Shown in pieces: positions 47,840-64,000 of a stretch of DNA of 64,000 nucleotides. The stretch is from contig JBDRCO010000101.1 in the NCBI GenBank assembly GCA_043821645.1, positions 57,356 through 121,355 of the forward strand, read 5' to 3'. The position numbers and the translations under genes are program-made. The notes beneath the pieces were generated by a model. It was not told the DNA's origin and did not search any database. It saw only the letters and a list, made by a program, of their open reading frames with translations. Each line of letters starts with the position of its first letter. Position 1 is the first letter of the stretch. This stretch comes from Pseudomonadota bacterium (GTDB lineage: Bacteria; Myxococcota; JACRCW01; JAFGSX01).

Positions 47840-48826
47840 CTAGGCCGGCGCTCCACGGGTTCTCGCGAGAACCTCCAGGCACGCTGCCAGAACCTGTCCC
47901 ACGTCGAGATCCTGGAGGCAGCGGTGGTGCTTGAGGGGGCAGTGCTCGAGCCCGTGATTGCTGCATGGTTGGCACACGAGCTCGAGGGACAGCACCTGAC
48001 CTGGTCCCAGGGGGTGCCAGCGTCGCCAGGACGTGGGACCAAACAGGGTGACCACGGGCGTCCCGAGAGCAGCAGCGACGTGCGCCGGGCCCGAGTCGTT
48101 GCCCACGACCAGTGCGCTGCGACGACAGACCTCCACCACGGCTTCGACGCCCTGGCCCAGGGTCGAGATGAGCTCCCGTCCTGCGGCTTCTCGCACCGCC
48201 TGGACCAGATGCTCCTCGCCGGGGCCGGCGATCACCGTAACCTCCAATCCGCGCTCGCGCACAGCTCGAGCGAGTTCCCCGAAACGTCCAGCCGGCCAGC
48301 GTTTGGCGGCGTGAGCGGCCCCGGGGACGAGCGCGACCTGCGGCAATGGCGCGCGCTCGATGACCAGCCGGGGTGTGAAGGGGGTCGGCGAATCCAGCAC
48401 GTCGTCGAGGATGTTGTGGTTGATGTGCGTCTGGTGGCGGTCGTCGAGGATGCTATCCCGCCCCATCACGGCGGCCAGAAATTGCCAGCTGGTGCGCAGG
48501 CGCAGGCTGCGCAGGTGACGCGCAGAGATCTGCCGGCCCAGTAGCCAGGTGCGCGGCTTGTTCTGCAGATCCAGCACTGTGTCCACGTCGCCCACTTCGC
48601 GTGCAAGCTGGCGCAGACCGCGCAGGCTGTCGTGACGCTGGCGGTCGAACAGCACGCAGCGCTCGATTCCCGGCGTGGACGTCGCGATGACTTCGTAGCG
48701 GCGGTCCGTGACGAGGACCACACGGTGACCGGCGGTGGCGAGCTCGCGGCTCAGCGACGACACCAGCACCAGGTCGCCCAGGGCTCCCAGACGGATCAGG
48801 CAGAACGTGCGCGGGCGCGATTCCAT
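47840..48826 (-). CDS. GT9 LPS heptosyltransferase
   Basis: RLGALGD, DLQ, PGA...KRW, NDSGPAHVAAALGTP..TLFGPT. Confidence 0.92.
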   Translation of the reverse strand: MESRPRTFCLIRLGALGDLVLVSSLSRELATAGHRVVLVTDRRYEVIATSTPGIERCVLFDRQRHDSLRGLRQLAREVGDVDTVLDLQNKPRTWLLGRQISARHLRSLRLRTSWQFLAAVMGRDSILDDRHQTHINHNILDDVLDSPTPFTPRLVIERAPLPQVALVPGAAHAAKRWPAGRFGELARAVRERGLEVTVIAGPGEEHLVQAVREAAGRELISTLGQGVEAVVEVCRRSALVVGNDSGPAHVAAALGTPVVTLFGPTSWRRWHPLGPGQVLSLELVCQPCSNHGLEHCPLKHHRCLQDLDVGQVLAACLEVLARTRGAPA

Positions 48827-48836
48827 CAGGCTGTGG

Positions 48837-49841
48837 TCACAGGGGGAAGACCAGCGACAGGGCCACCCCCTCCTGCATCGCGGCGGGTGCCACGGCCAGC
48901 CCGCGATAGGTCGCCCGTCCCGCGCGGTCAAAGTGCAGGAAGTAGAACAGCGTCGAGATGGCCGTGCCCAGCGCAGCTCCGGCCACCACGTCGTCCACGT
49001 TGTGACGTCCATCGCTGATGCGGGTGGCTGCCACGGTCGCAGCCAGACCCCACAAACCTGCCATCAAGGTGGCACCCACGGGCATGCTCAGCGAGGTGGC
49101 ATGTGCACCCCACACCAGCTCGCCACCCGAATACAGCGCGAAGTAGGTGGCCAGGGCAAAGGCTGCCGACGAGTGACCCGAGGGGAAGCTCTTGTGCCCA
49201 TCTCGGAGATCCTTCGCAGTGGTGTAGGGCCCTTCGGAGAGTGTGCCGCAATCCAGACCCTCGACCTGGTCACGCATCCCGACCTCGGGATTGCAGTAGT
49301 AGCGCGCGGCGCGGTCGCGAAAGTCCGGACGCAGGCGACCCACACCCATCTTGAGGGCCTCGGTGAGGGCATAGGTCAGGGCGATGCTCTCGATGGCACC
49401 GAGGGTGAGGTTGTGGATGCGGTGTCCGTCGTGATTCGCGATCCCATCGTAGGCGAGCGCCGAGGCCGCCAGGGCCCCACCGCCGATGTAGAGCCACAGC
49501 TCCGGTACCGTGTTGTCTCGGAACGGGGCACCGACGAGGCGGGCATTGACGGGATCGTCGAGCCCGCGGAAATCCGGCAAGCCGTCGTCGAACTGAGGAC
49601 CGTACAGCGCTGCCCCCGGGTCGAGCAGCGGCAGCAGCCCCGCGCTCGCGCCAAGTAGCGCCGCGGTCACGGCGTAGTCCGCGCCGTACCAGGTGAGGTG
49701 ATACATCAGTCCGGTGTCCGGCGTGGGCTCCCGGGCGCGGTCGCGACTGCTGTCGGTCTGGACGGTCCCGGTTCCGGGCACCGCTTGCGCGTGCGCTGTG
49801 TGAACCAGCCCGCAGCACAACATGAAAAGCAGCAAGCGCAT
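48837..49841 (-). CDS. PAP2-family phosphatase
   Basis: KMGVGRLRP, SFPSGHS, RISDGRHNVDD. Confidence 0.9.
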   Translation of the reverse strand: MRLLLFMLCCGLVHTAHAQAVPGTGTVQTDSSRDRAREPTPDTGLMYHLTWYGADYAVTAALLGASAGLLPLLDPGAALYGPQFDDGLPDFRGLDDPVNARLVGAPFRDNTVPELWLYIGGGALAASALAYDGIANHDGHRIHNLTLGAIESIALTYALTEALKMGVGRLRPDFRDRAARYYCNPEVGMRDQVEGLDCGTLSEGPYTTAKDLRDGHKSFPSGHSSAAFALATYFALYSGGELVWGAHATSLSMPVGATLMAGLWGLAATVAATRISDGRHNVDDVVAGAALGTAISTLFYFLHFDRAGRATYRGLAVAPAAMQEGVALSLVFPL

Positions 49842-49879
49842 CGGCAACCTCCAGCTCCAGGGTCCGGTCTTTGTCGTCG

Positions 49880-51586
49880 TCACTCGCGAAATTGCCACTG
49901 CGCTGCATTCCAGGTGACAGGAACCAGGGTCCCGGTCGGTCGCCAGCCCTGCAGGCGCTTCACGGTGATCGAGGGTTCGATGCGGAAGTACAGGGGCAGC
50001 ACCGGCAGCGCCTCGGCCCACAGCAATTGCTGGCGCTTGAGCAGATCCGCACGCCGTGCTGGGTCCAGGGTGCGCGCGATCTGCTGATGAATGGCGCTCA
50101 CTTCCTCGTTGCACCAGCCCGTGTAGTTGCGGCCCATCCAGCCATTCGCCTGGGTGGGGACCTGATCGCAGGACCACAGCGTCGCGGAGTCTGCCACTGG
50201 ATCCATGTTCCAGGCGAACATGGCGAGGGCCGGGAAGGTGCGGCGGCGCAGGGTCTCGGTGAAGAAGACCTTCGCGGGTTGATTGTGGATCTCGAGCTCG
50301 ATGCCGACCTTGCGCCAGTCCTCCTGCAGCATCTGCTCGATCTTCTCCCGGGTGGCGTGGCCACTGGTGGTCATGATCGAGAGCTTGAGAGGCGCGCCAT
50401 CTTTGTGCCGCACGCCACCTTCGCCAAGCCGGTAGCCCGCTTCATCGAGCAATCGCGCTGCCTCGGCGAGGTCATGGGTGTAGCGGCGGACCTCGGCGTT
50501 GTGGTCGGGACGCCGGGGTGGAACCCACGAGTGGGCCAGCTGCTGCCGTTCCCCGACCAGGGTGTGCACCATGCGCTCCCGATCCGTGGCGAACATCAGG
50601 GCACGACGCACGCGCACGTCGGCCAGGATGGGGTTCGACAGGTTGCAGTCGATATGCTCGAAGATCAGCCCCTCGACATAGTGGAAGTCGAAGGTGTCCT
50701 TGTGCTGCACTTGCAGCGCTTCGACACGGTCCAGGGGCAACCACCCCGAGCTGATGGCATCGATGGTACCTGACACCAAGTTGGCCTCCAGGGCCTGCGT
50801 CGAGGGAATGATACGGAAGATGATGCGGTCGAACCAGGGTCGCCAGCGGCCTCGCGCCGCTGGATTGCGCTCGACGATGATGTGCGAGCCCCGGACCCAT
50901 TCGGCCACGGTGAAGGAACCGGCCAGCGCGGGCAACACGCCGAAGGCATCATTGATGAGGGTGTCGGGATTCTCCCTGTAGCGCGGCTCGACGATGTGGC
51001 GCGGCAGCACCGGGTGCACCTGGTAGTTATGGTAGTACGCGTAGGGCTCCTTCCACTCCACGACCAGGGTCTTGTGATCCGCGCCTTCCGCATGCATGGA
51101 CGCGATCTTCTCGTAGATGTCGCGCTCGGCTACCTCGTAGCGCCGGTCCACGAGGAGTTCGTGGGCGAACACGTAATCCTCGGCGGTCAAGGGTGTGCCG
51201 TCGGGCCAGGCCAGCTCGGGATCGAGGTGCCAGGTCACCCGCATTCCCTTGCCCTCTCCGAGCAGCTCGACGCCCCCGTTGATCAGAGTCGGGATCTCGG
51301 TCGCGGCAAGGGGCTGGATCTGCCAGTTCTCATCGAAGACGGTGAGCGAGGCCTCGCCGACGCCAAGCACTTCCTCGGACACCATCATGTCGTGGAAGGT
51401 GGGCCACAGGGTGTCCGGTTCCTGCTGGATGCCAATGGTGATCTGGCGCAGCGGCCGGTCGGCCTCGGCGGAGAGGCCTGCACTCCCGGGCTCGCCCCGG
51501 GCACCACTCTCGTCGGTACAGCGTCGGCAAGCGGTGAGATCCAGTGCTGCAAGCACCGCCAGCAGCGCAAACCAGCGCCAGGTCAT
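49880..51586 (-). CDS. ABC peptide/nickel substrate-binding protein (family 5), lipoprotein
   Basis: QEPDTL, LAATEIPT, WPDGTPLTAED, DVRVRRAL, NYTGWCN, VTWN. Confidence 0.9.
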   Translation of the reverse strand: MTWRWFALLAVLAALDLTACRRCTDESGARGEPGSAGLSAEADRPLRQITIGIQQEPDTLWPTFHDMMVSEEVLGVGEASLTVFDENWQIQPLAATEIPTLINGGVELLGEGKGMRVTWHLDPELAWPDGTPLTAEDYVFAHELLVDRRYEVAERDIYEKIASMHAEGADHKTLVVEWKEPYAYYHNYQVHPVLPRHIVEPRYRENPDTLINDAFGVLPALAGSFTVAEWVRGSHIIVERNPAARGRWRPWFDRIIFRIIPSTQALEANLVSGTIDAISSGWLPLDRVEALQVQHKDTFDFHYVEGLIFEHIDCNLSNPILADVRVRRALMFATDRERMVHTLVGERQQLAHSWVPPRRPDHNAEVRRYTHDLAEAARLLDEAGYRLGEGGVRHKDGAPLKLSIMTTSGHATREKIEQMLQEDWRKVGIELEIHNQPAKVFFTETLRRRTFPALAMFAWNMDPVADSATLWSCDQVPTQANGWMGRNYTGWCNEEVSAIHQQIARTLDPARRADLLKRQQLLWAEALPVLPLYFRIEPSITVKRLQGWRPTGTLVPVTWNAAQWQFRE

Positions 51587-51732
51587 CCGTCGAGCCCCGA
51601 GTGCCCCGACCTGGGACCCGGTGCCACGCGACGTCGTCATCCCCCGATGCGACGTGGGTCTCGTGCTCACCTGAACCCCCATTGCCATGTGCGACTCCCT
51701 GCCGTCTTGCGGGCCTTGGTGTCCCTCCCCTG

Positions 51733-53601
<1,869 letters not shown>

Positions 53602-53716
53602 GCCTCGAGGCAGAGGTGAAAGGATAGCACCCGACCCGGCCACGGCGTACAATCCTGTCCCGTTCCGTTCACAGGCGAACAGGCGTCACCATGACGCGGT
53701 TCGCGAGGAGATTGGC

Positions 53717-55078
53717 GTGCGCTGTCGACACCTCGCTCCTGTGCTACCCCTGATGCTCCTGGCCACGGCGTGCCACCTCAACCTCTTGCTCGACGGTGAG
53801 GGCTACGGCTGCACCAGCGACGAGAACTGCCCCGAGGGCATGCACTGTGGCGACAAGGTGTGCCTGCAGGGAGCGGGCGATGCTGCCGTCGCCGACGCGG
53901 TGGCCCGCGACACCGCGGCCGTGGACAGGATTATTTCTGATCAGAGTGGAACCGACACGCGCTTGGCAGACAGCGCGCGACCGGATCACGCCGGGGGGCA
54001 CGACACCCATACAGGGGTGGACGCAGGAGGTGGCACGGACGTTTCTGGAGGACAGGACACGAGGGTGGGCGTGGACAGCGCTGTCGCCGACGCTGGCAGT
54101 CCCTGCGACAACCCGAGTGTGTCGACGGTGGTGAGCGGCCTCAACAAACCGGCCCGCCTGGTCCTGGCCAACGGATCCCTGTACTGGACCAGTTTTGCCG
54201 CCAGTGGCGCGATCATGAAGCGAAGCCTGAGCACAGGCGCCACGACCCTGATAGGCAACGCACCAGGGAGTCTCAAACCCTACGGGCTCGCCGTCGACGC
54301 CACCCATGTGTACGTGATCTCGTCCGGGGGCACGGGTCAGGTGGATGCGGTGCATCGCTTCGCGGATGCGGCCAGCAGCACAGCCGAGCTCATCGCGGAC
54401 GGGCTGAGCATCGTCAACCAGCCCTTCTACCTGAACGTACCAAGCAACATCTTCCTTGCCGGAGGGAAGGTCTTCTGGCTGGCGCGGGGCAGTTCGCAAT
54501 CGCTCAACGTGTGCCGCCACGATCCCTCGGTGCAGGCTGCCAATGTTTTTGACCGGGCCAAGACCCGCGGAGGCTGGCCGAACGGGATCGTGCGCCTTGG
54601 TGATGATCTTTTCGTCGCCGAGGACACAGGCTACACCGGGCTCACCAGGCATCCGCTCACCTTCGCAAGCCAGGCAGACGGCACCCCCGTCTCGTCCTTC
54701 AGCGAGCCCGTGACCGAGCTCACCGCGAACAGCACTCTCATCTTCCTCGCCGAGGCCGCGCCCAACCTGACCACGCCGGGGGCCATCGTCACCGTGGACC
54801 CCCAGTCCACCCTCATCGCCACCCTGGTCGCCGAGGTCGGTCCCTCGAACAAGGGCGTCGAGGTCCTGGCCATGATCGCGGATGACAGCACGCTGTACTA
54901 CGCCACCGAGAGCTACGTCGGTGGGACAGCCCAGATCCATCGCGTCGTGCTCCCGGGGCCGACGAGTACGCCCCTGGCCCCGGCGGATCGCCCCGCGGGT
55001 CTGGCCATGGATGCGGACTACCTGTACTGGACCGAGTACGACCTGCAAGAGATCCGGCGCTACCCGCGCTGTCCCTGA
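53717..55078 (+). CDS. Lipoprotein: Cys-rich module, Asp-repeat stalk, beta-propeller
   Basis: GAGGAG RBS, LATAC, CTSDENCP, repeated P.GLAVD..(L/V)YW blades. Confidence 0.8.
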   Translation: MRCRHLAPVLPLMLLATACHLNLLLDGEGYGCTSDENCPEGMHCGDKVCLQGAGDAAVADAVARDTAAVDRIISDQSGTDTRLADSARPDHAGGHDTHTGVDAGGGTDVSGGQDTRVGVDSAVADAGSPCDNPSVSTVVSGLNKPARLVLANGSLYWTSFAASGAIMKRSLSTGATTLIGNAPGSLKPYGLAVDATHVYVISSGGTGQVDAVHRFADAASSTAELIADGLSIVNQPFYLNVPSNIFLAGGKVFWLARGSSQSLNVCRHDPSVQAANVFDRAKTRGGWPNGIVRLGDDLFVAEDTGYTGLTRHPLTFASQADGTPVSSFSEPVTELTANSTLIFLAEAAPNLTTPGAIVTVDPQSTLIATLVAEVGPSNKGVEVLAMIADDSTLYYATESYVGGTAQIHRVVLPGPTSTPLAPADRPAGLAMDADYLYWTEYDLQEIRRYPRCP

Positions 55079-55102
55079 GGCCCACGCTCGACGGAGGCGA
55101 GG

Positions 55103-55909
55103 ATGACGACACGCTTTGCCCTGACTGTGCTCCTGGTGTCGCTGGTGACTCCGGGACTGCGCGCGGCCGAGCCTCTGGCTCCGGCCACAAGCCCTGCCAG
55201 CAAGTACGCGGTCATGCCCTTCAGCGTCGGCGTCAACATGGACAAGGACATGCCGCGCCTGCTCGACGAACTCTTGCTGGCCGCGCTGAGCAAGCGCGCG
55301 TTGCCCGGGCAGACCTTCCTGGGCTCCTCCGACATCACTGCCGTGCTCGGCCTCGAGCAACAGAAGCAAGCCCTGGGCTGTGACGACGAGGGGTGCATGG
55401 CCGAGATCGGCAATGCCCTGGGTGTGGACTTCATGGTCGTGCCCGCTGTGGGCAAGCTCGGCGACAGCTTCGCCATCACCTACAAGGTCGTGGAGCCCAA
55501 GAAGGTCCAGGTGCTGCGCCGCGATACTCTGGTCGTCACCGGCAACGAGAGCGCCTTGCCCGGCGCCATGGACCAGCTGGCCGACAAGATCCTGGGCACT
55601 CCCCCCAGCCTGGAGGCCACGGCGAGCGCGCACATCGAACCTGTGCGTGGTTCCACGGAAATGGCCCAGGAAGGGGCCGGCCGGTCTCCGCTGCTGCTGG
55701 CAGGGGTGGGAGTGGCGGTGCTCGGCATCCTGGTGGGCGCAGGCAGCGGTGCGGCCGTGGGCTGGGCAGATAGCACCCTGGTGGATCCCGCCTCCACGCG
55801 CGACGCCAAGTCCTCCGCGGTCACGGGCTACTGGGCCGGTCTGGGTGGCCTGGGGCTGGGTACGGCCTTGCTCGTCGGTGGCGCGGCCCTCGCGGTGCTC
55901 GGACTCTGA
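55103..55909 (+). CDS. Secreted/membrane protein with CsgG/DUF2380-like domain and C-terminal TM hairpin
   Basis: Signal peptide; LGLEQQKQALGCDDEGCMAEIGNALGVD; two Gly-rich TM segments. Confidence 0.7.
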   Translation: MTTRFALTVLLVSLVTPGLRAAEPLAPATSPASKYAVMPFSVGVNMDKDMPRLLDELLLAALSKRALPGQTFLGSSDITAVLGLEQQKQALGCDDEGCMAEIGNALGVDFMVVPAVGKLGDSFAITYKVVEPKKVQVLRRDTLVVTGNESALPGAMDQLADKILGTPPSLEATASAHIEPVRGSTEMAQEGAGRSPLLLAGVGVAVLGILVGAGSGAAVGWADSTLVDPASTRDAKSSAVTGYWAGLGGLGLGTALLVGGAALAVLGL

Positions 55910-55981
55910 CCCGCGACAGCCCTCGACCATGCACGCACTCTCGCCTGTCTGTACCGAGCCCCGGCGTTCGCCCCGGAGTGT

Positions 55982-58156
<2,175 letters not shown>

Positions 58157-58265
58157 GAAAGGGTCGCCCCGCTGTCACGTGAAAATGGCCCCGCCAGCCA
58201 GCCTGTGACAGCTCATCCTGAGTATTAGCACGGGCGTCCCCGTCGTCCAACATGTGCTCGATCTC

Positions 58266-58763
58266 TCAGTGCGGAGATTCGGTGGGCCAGGACACGATCC
58301 GCTGGATCAAATCCTCGTCGTAGCCCGCCCGGGCTAGCCGGCGAGCCAGCCGGGCAGGTTGCCCGGAGGTCGCGACGGTGCGCCCTGCCAGTTCCCGGGC
58401 GGCCGCCTCGAGGTCGACAGGCAAGGACAGGAGGACCCTGCGACAGATCTCAGGGGGGAATCCACGATCGACCAGGCGCTGCTGGACCAGGGCCGGGGAC
58501 AGCAGATCGCGCTGCAACCAGCGCTCGCCCAGGCGCCGTGCGGCGGCCTCATCATCCAGCCAGCCGCGCTCCTGCAGCCGCGCGATGGCCTGCGCCGCGA
58601 TGTCTTCGCCATGTCTGGCCGCGAGCTGCTCCTGCAGGGCGAGCGTACTCTTGTCCGATCGGGCCAGCGAGCGCAGGGCCTGAGCCGCAGCGTGTTCCAC
58701 CTTACTGGCAGCAGCCTCCTTTGGGGCCTGTGCCGCGATCGGGCGTTTTTTTGGCGTGGCCAT
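58266..58763 (-). CDS. recX: Regulatory protein RecX
   Basis: ALRSLARSDKS, GWLDD, LVDRG, RLARAGY. Confidence 0.75.
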   Translation of the reverse strand: MATPKKRPIAAQAPKEAAASKVEHAAAQALRSLARSDKSTLALQEQLAARHGEDIAAQAIARLQERGWLDDEAAARRLGERWLQRDLLSPALVQQRLVDRGFPPEICRRVLLSLPVDLEAAARELAGRTVATSGQPARLARRLARAGYDEDLIQRIVSWPTESPH

Positions 58764-58921
58764 GGCTAGCACCCCTGTCGGGGATTGTGCGTCGCCGGGC
58801 TGCTCGTTACAACAGGGTGAGTCGCGCGCCGCGGCAATACCGCGTGTGACGTGTTGTGGGACAGTGCTGTGATTCCATGCATACCCTCTCGCGTGGTGGT
58901 TCCGGCCTGTACAGGAGTCCC

Positions 58922-60061
58922 GTGTTTGCACTGCTGACTTCGGTCGTCATGGCCGCCACACCCTTCGCCCCGTTGCCGAGCCAGATCCTTGCCAGTGCAG
59001 ATGTTCGCGCGGCCCTGGCCGGTGGGGATCTGGTGGTAGCCCGGCCGTTGAAGCAGGGACACAAGCGCGCCTTCACGGGCCTGGCCCTGGTGCCAAGACC
59101 CTGCGACGACCTGCATCGCATCCTGCGCGATCCCATGCAGTACCCCAAGATCTACCCGATGGTGGAGCGCACGCGCGTTCTGCGCACCAAGGCTGGCCGC
59201 ACGGACTTCGAGATGGTGATCACCGCCGGACCGGGTTCCTCGACGCGCGAACTGTCGATCCAGGAGCTGCCCGGACGAGTCCTGCACACCGAGCAGGAGG
59301 CGGGGCACTCGACCTGGCACTTCTTTGACGTCGGGGACAAGGCCTGCATCGCGCACTTCTCTCATGACGAAGACTTCACATCCGATAGCCTCATGCTGCG
59401 CATGGCCATGTCGGGCAAGGAGCCCATTGTCGAGGGGATCAAGAGTGCCGCGGCCGTCGGTAACGTGCGCAACGTGCGCTCACACTTTTCGGCAGGACAA
59501 CCCGTGGTGGTGGTCGCCCCGGAGATTATCGAGCGCGCCCTGGCACGGCTGTCCGGCGTCGGGACCACGGCATTCCTGGCTCATGGCGCCGGGGCGCCGG
59601 TCCTCGTGGCAACCCGCGTCAGCCAGCCCGCGGCCCAGGTTCTCGACGTCGCAAAGCACAGTGAGCGCTGGAACACCGCCATACCGATGTTCTCTGCCAC
59701 GGTCGGAGCCGCACGCGCGGATCGCTCGCGCCGCATGAACTACACCCTGACCTCGCTGTTTGAGGATATCGAGTTCGAGAGCGTGCAGGAATCTGGTCCG
59801 GTGCAGGTGGAGGAGCGCATCGTGGGCGGCGACCTGCAGACCGGTGGCTGGACCTGGCGCGTCGTCACGCAGACCACCGATCAGGCTCTGCTGCTGTCCA
59901 TGCGTCTGCACATCGAGGAGGGCGACTGGCTGGTCAGCCAGATCACGCGCTACGATCGCACTGCGCAGGAGGGGACCGTCCTCGGCATCGCATTCATGCT
60001 GGTCGAGAAGGTCGTGGTCCTGGCCAATGCGCCGGCGCGCCCTGCAGAGAGCAAGCCTTGA
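58922..60061 (+). CDS. Secreted protein with tandem SRPBCC/START-like domains
   Basis: AGGAG RBS plus GTG; two similar modules (YPKIYPMV / WNTAIPMF; GGDLQTGGWTW). Confidence 0.6.
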   Translation: MFALLTSVVMAATPFAPLPSQILASADVRAALAGGDLVVARPLKQGHKRAFTGLALVPRPCDDLHRILRDPMQYPKIYPMVERTRVLRTKAGRTDFEMVITAGPGSSTRELSIQELPGRVLHTEQEAGHSTWHFFDVGDKACIAHFSHDEDFTSDSLMLRMAMSGKEPIVEGIKSAAAVGNVRNVRSHFSAGQPVVVVAPEIIERALARLSGVGTTAFLAHGAGAPVLVATRVSQPAAQVLDVAKHSERWNTAIPMFSATVGAARADRSRRMNYTLTSLFEDIEFESVQESGPVQVEERIVGGDLQTGGWTWRVVTQTTDQALLLSMRLHIEEGDWLVSQITRYDRTAQEGTVLGIAFMLVEKVVVLANAPARPAESKP

Positions 60062-60109
60062 CCCGAGGGCTCGGGTCGTCGCACGCTCGTCGCTGATGAG
60101 GGAATGCCC

Positions 60110-60643
60110 ATGATGACTGTCACTGCCGTGAGCCTGCTCCTGGCCAGCCACCTCTTCGGACCTGGAGGGCTGGTGGGCACCCCGGTTGCCGAGCCAACCG
60201 TGGGCGTTGACGGTGACGAGGTGCGTGCTCCTGTCAGCGGCCTCTTTCCCTGGGAATACGGCGCGGGTCTCGAGCCCCTGCTCGACGACAAGGAGCGCGC
60301 CGCGCTCAAGGAGCTGCGCGACAAGAAGACCATGCTGTCGTCGATCGCGGTGGCCTGCGGCGCCGTGGGCTCCATGGTCACGGTCATCTCGCTGTTCGTC
60401 ACGCCCAACTTCGTCAATGTTCTGCATCCGGATCCAGGAGGTCTGGCCATCCCCATCGTCCTCGGGGTCGGCGGCCTGGTGATCGCGGGTGTGTCCATCC
60501 CTCTCGTCGCCCTGAGCCCGGCCGAGGATGAGATCGAGACCCTGGTCTACGAGCACAACTCGACACTCGGGGAAGGTGCCCGGAAGCTGCGCCTTGCCGA
60601 CGAGGTGCTGCCTGCGCCTCTGCGGCAGATCAGCCGACCCTGA
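60110..60643 (+). CDS. Hypothetical membrane protein
   Basis: Signal-like N-terminus and two TM helices; start uncertain (60104/60110). Confidence 0.65.
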   Translation: MMTVTAVSLLLASHLFGPGGLVGTPVAEPTVGVDGDEVRAPVSGLFPWEYGAGLEPLLDDKERAALKELRDKKTMLSSIAVACGAVGSMVTVISLFVTPNFVNVLHPDPGGLAIPIVLGVGGLVIAGVSIPLVALSPAEDEIETLVYEHNSTLGEGARKLRLADEVLPAPLRQISRP

Positions 60644-60665
60644 TTTCCGTCACAGGTCGGGTGCT

Positions 60666-61190
60666 TCAGAGCTGCGCAAGGACAGCGTCAGCGAGGTGGC
60701 GCACGTCGTCGTCATCCACCAGCAACTTGAGAGCGGCGACACGTGTCTTGAGCAGGCGGGCATTGGCGGGTCGCCCCTTCTCGAGAGTGTCCAGGAGCTG
60801 CGCGAGGGCAGGGCGGGCATGGGTGCCCTGGGGATGTGCCAGGATCTTCACCAGGAGTTCTGGATCCGTCGGCATGGGTTGCGCCGCGAGCAAGGCATCG
60901 ACGGCTCCCTGGATCTCCTCCGGCGCCGAGGCCTTGAGCACCGCCTCGATCTGTAGCTGCTGTTCCGAGGCTTCCAGACCTGCCAGGGAGGGGGCCTGGC
61001 GCTTGATCTCATCTGGCAGTCCACCACCGGCGAAGATGCGGTCGAGCTGGGACCGGTAGCGCTTGGCGGCGCCACCCTTGAGTGTGGCGTGGGTGGTTGG
61101 CGTGGGCGCTTTGCGCTGTCCGCCGAGGTCGCGGCCACGATCCACCTCGCGCCAGCTCCTCCGGGGGCGTGTTTTCTCGTCGTCAGACAT
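60666..61190 (-). CDS. Hypothetical protein
   Basis: RSWREVDRGRD N-terminal motif; helical body. Confidence 0.7.
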   Translation of the reverse strand: MSDDEKTRPRRSWREVDRGRDLGGQRKAPTPTTHATLKGGAAKRYRSQLDRIFAGGGLPDEIKRQAPSLAGLEASEQQLQIEAVLKASAPEEIQGAVDALLAAQPMPTDPELLVKILAHPQGTHARPALAQLLDTLEKGRPANARLLKTRVAALKLLVDDDDVRHLADAVLAQL

Positions 61191-61360
61191 GGTTCACCCG
61201 TCTGTGGTCTCGCAGCGTTCTATCGAGCAGGAGCCACGATAGCTGTTCCGAGTGCACCCAGGCAACGGGCTCGAGCAATTTCTGTGGCGGACGGATTCTG
61301 GCGCGGCATACTTGAAAATCAGAGGCACGCGGGACCGGGTGAGGGACGCAAGGGGGGGCC

Positions 61361-61825
61361 ATGAGGATACCCACCAGCATGAAACGCTGGCACCTCGACA
61401 AGCTCCTGGATCTGGGCATGGTCATGCTTCACCTGGATGCTCGCCGCCCCGGGGTCGAGGTGCCACCCCAGCAAGCCCGTGAGACCCACCTTCGCCTCAA
61501 CTTGAGCTACCACTTCAAGCCCTGTGATCTCGTGGTCAGTGACGAGCTCATCACCGTCACCCTGACCTTTGGCGGTGAGCCCTGGGCCTGCAGGATACCG
61601 ATGCAAGCGGTGTTTGGCATGACCAGTCATGTCTCGGGGGAGAGCCTCATGTGGTTCGAGGACATGCCCGAGGACGTGATGCTGGCACTGGTTGCCACGG
61701 ACGCCGCGCGCGAGGCACCGGTGGTAGCGCTCCGCAGCATACCCTGTGACGCCGAGGAGCCGCCCGCCCTCAATCGGGCGGTGGGCCACAGCGGTGGCCG
61801 CCCGCATCTGCGCGTCGTCAAGTAG
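61361..61825 (+). CDS. sspB: ClpXP adaptor SspB-family protein
   Basis: LDARRPGVEVP, LTFGG, IPMQAVF; C-terminal GGRPHLRVVK ClpX-binding motif. Confidence 0.88.
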   Translation: MRIPTSMKRWHLDKLLDLGMVMLHLDARRPGVEVPPQQARETHLRLNLSYHFKPCDLVVSDELITVTLTFGGEPWACRIPMQAVFGMTSHVSGESLMWFEDMPEDVMLALVATDAAREAPVVALRSIPCDAEEPPALNRAVGHSGGRPHLRVVK

Positions 61826-61830
61826 CGCGG

Positions 61831-64000
<2,170 letters not shown>

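Noticed and set aside
53744..55930. 728-aa minus-strand ORF
   Set aside because: Shadow of two plus-strand genes that have clear signal peptides.

Overview
High-GC chromosomal segment that reads like a Myxococcota/deltaproteobacterial genome (MYXO-CTERM-type tail, zinc-ribbon/GYF/TPR protein, many Cys-rich lipoproteins, Hanks-type kinase). About 50 densely packed CDSs: a RamB/PrpR-type regulator (cut at the left edge), ACT-malic enzyme, PilZ protein, MoeB/ThiF, MoxR-VWA pair, RRM protein, GH13 hydrolase, FKBP, a 1,850-aa Cys-rich surface protein, a small polysaccharide cluster, stress genes (hemerythrin, ferritin-like, ygbA, sodA), an LPS cluster (msbA, GT9, lpxK, split HldE) running into mscS and an ECF sigma, then rel, recX, sspB and clpB (cut at the right edge). 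I saw no tRNA, rRNA, CRISPR array, transposase or integrase. I cannot claim a proven new system. The best leads are an Asp-every-5/6-residue stalk shared by three unrelated surface proteins, a sigma-region-4-only Cys/His protein next to a protein with 15 xPF motifs, a signal-peptide-less His/Cys peptidase-like candidate effector, a structured leader on the RRM gene, a TTGAC-N4-GTCAA box centred -41.5 from the ygbA ATG, and a codon-usage break inside clpB. Start codons were chosen by eye from RBS context, and family calls rest on motif recognition, not database searches.
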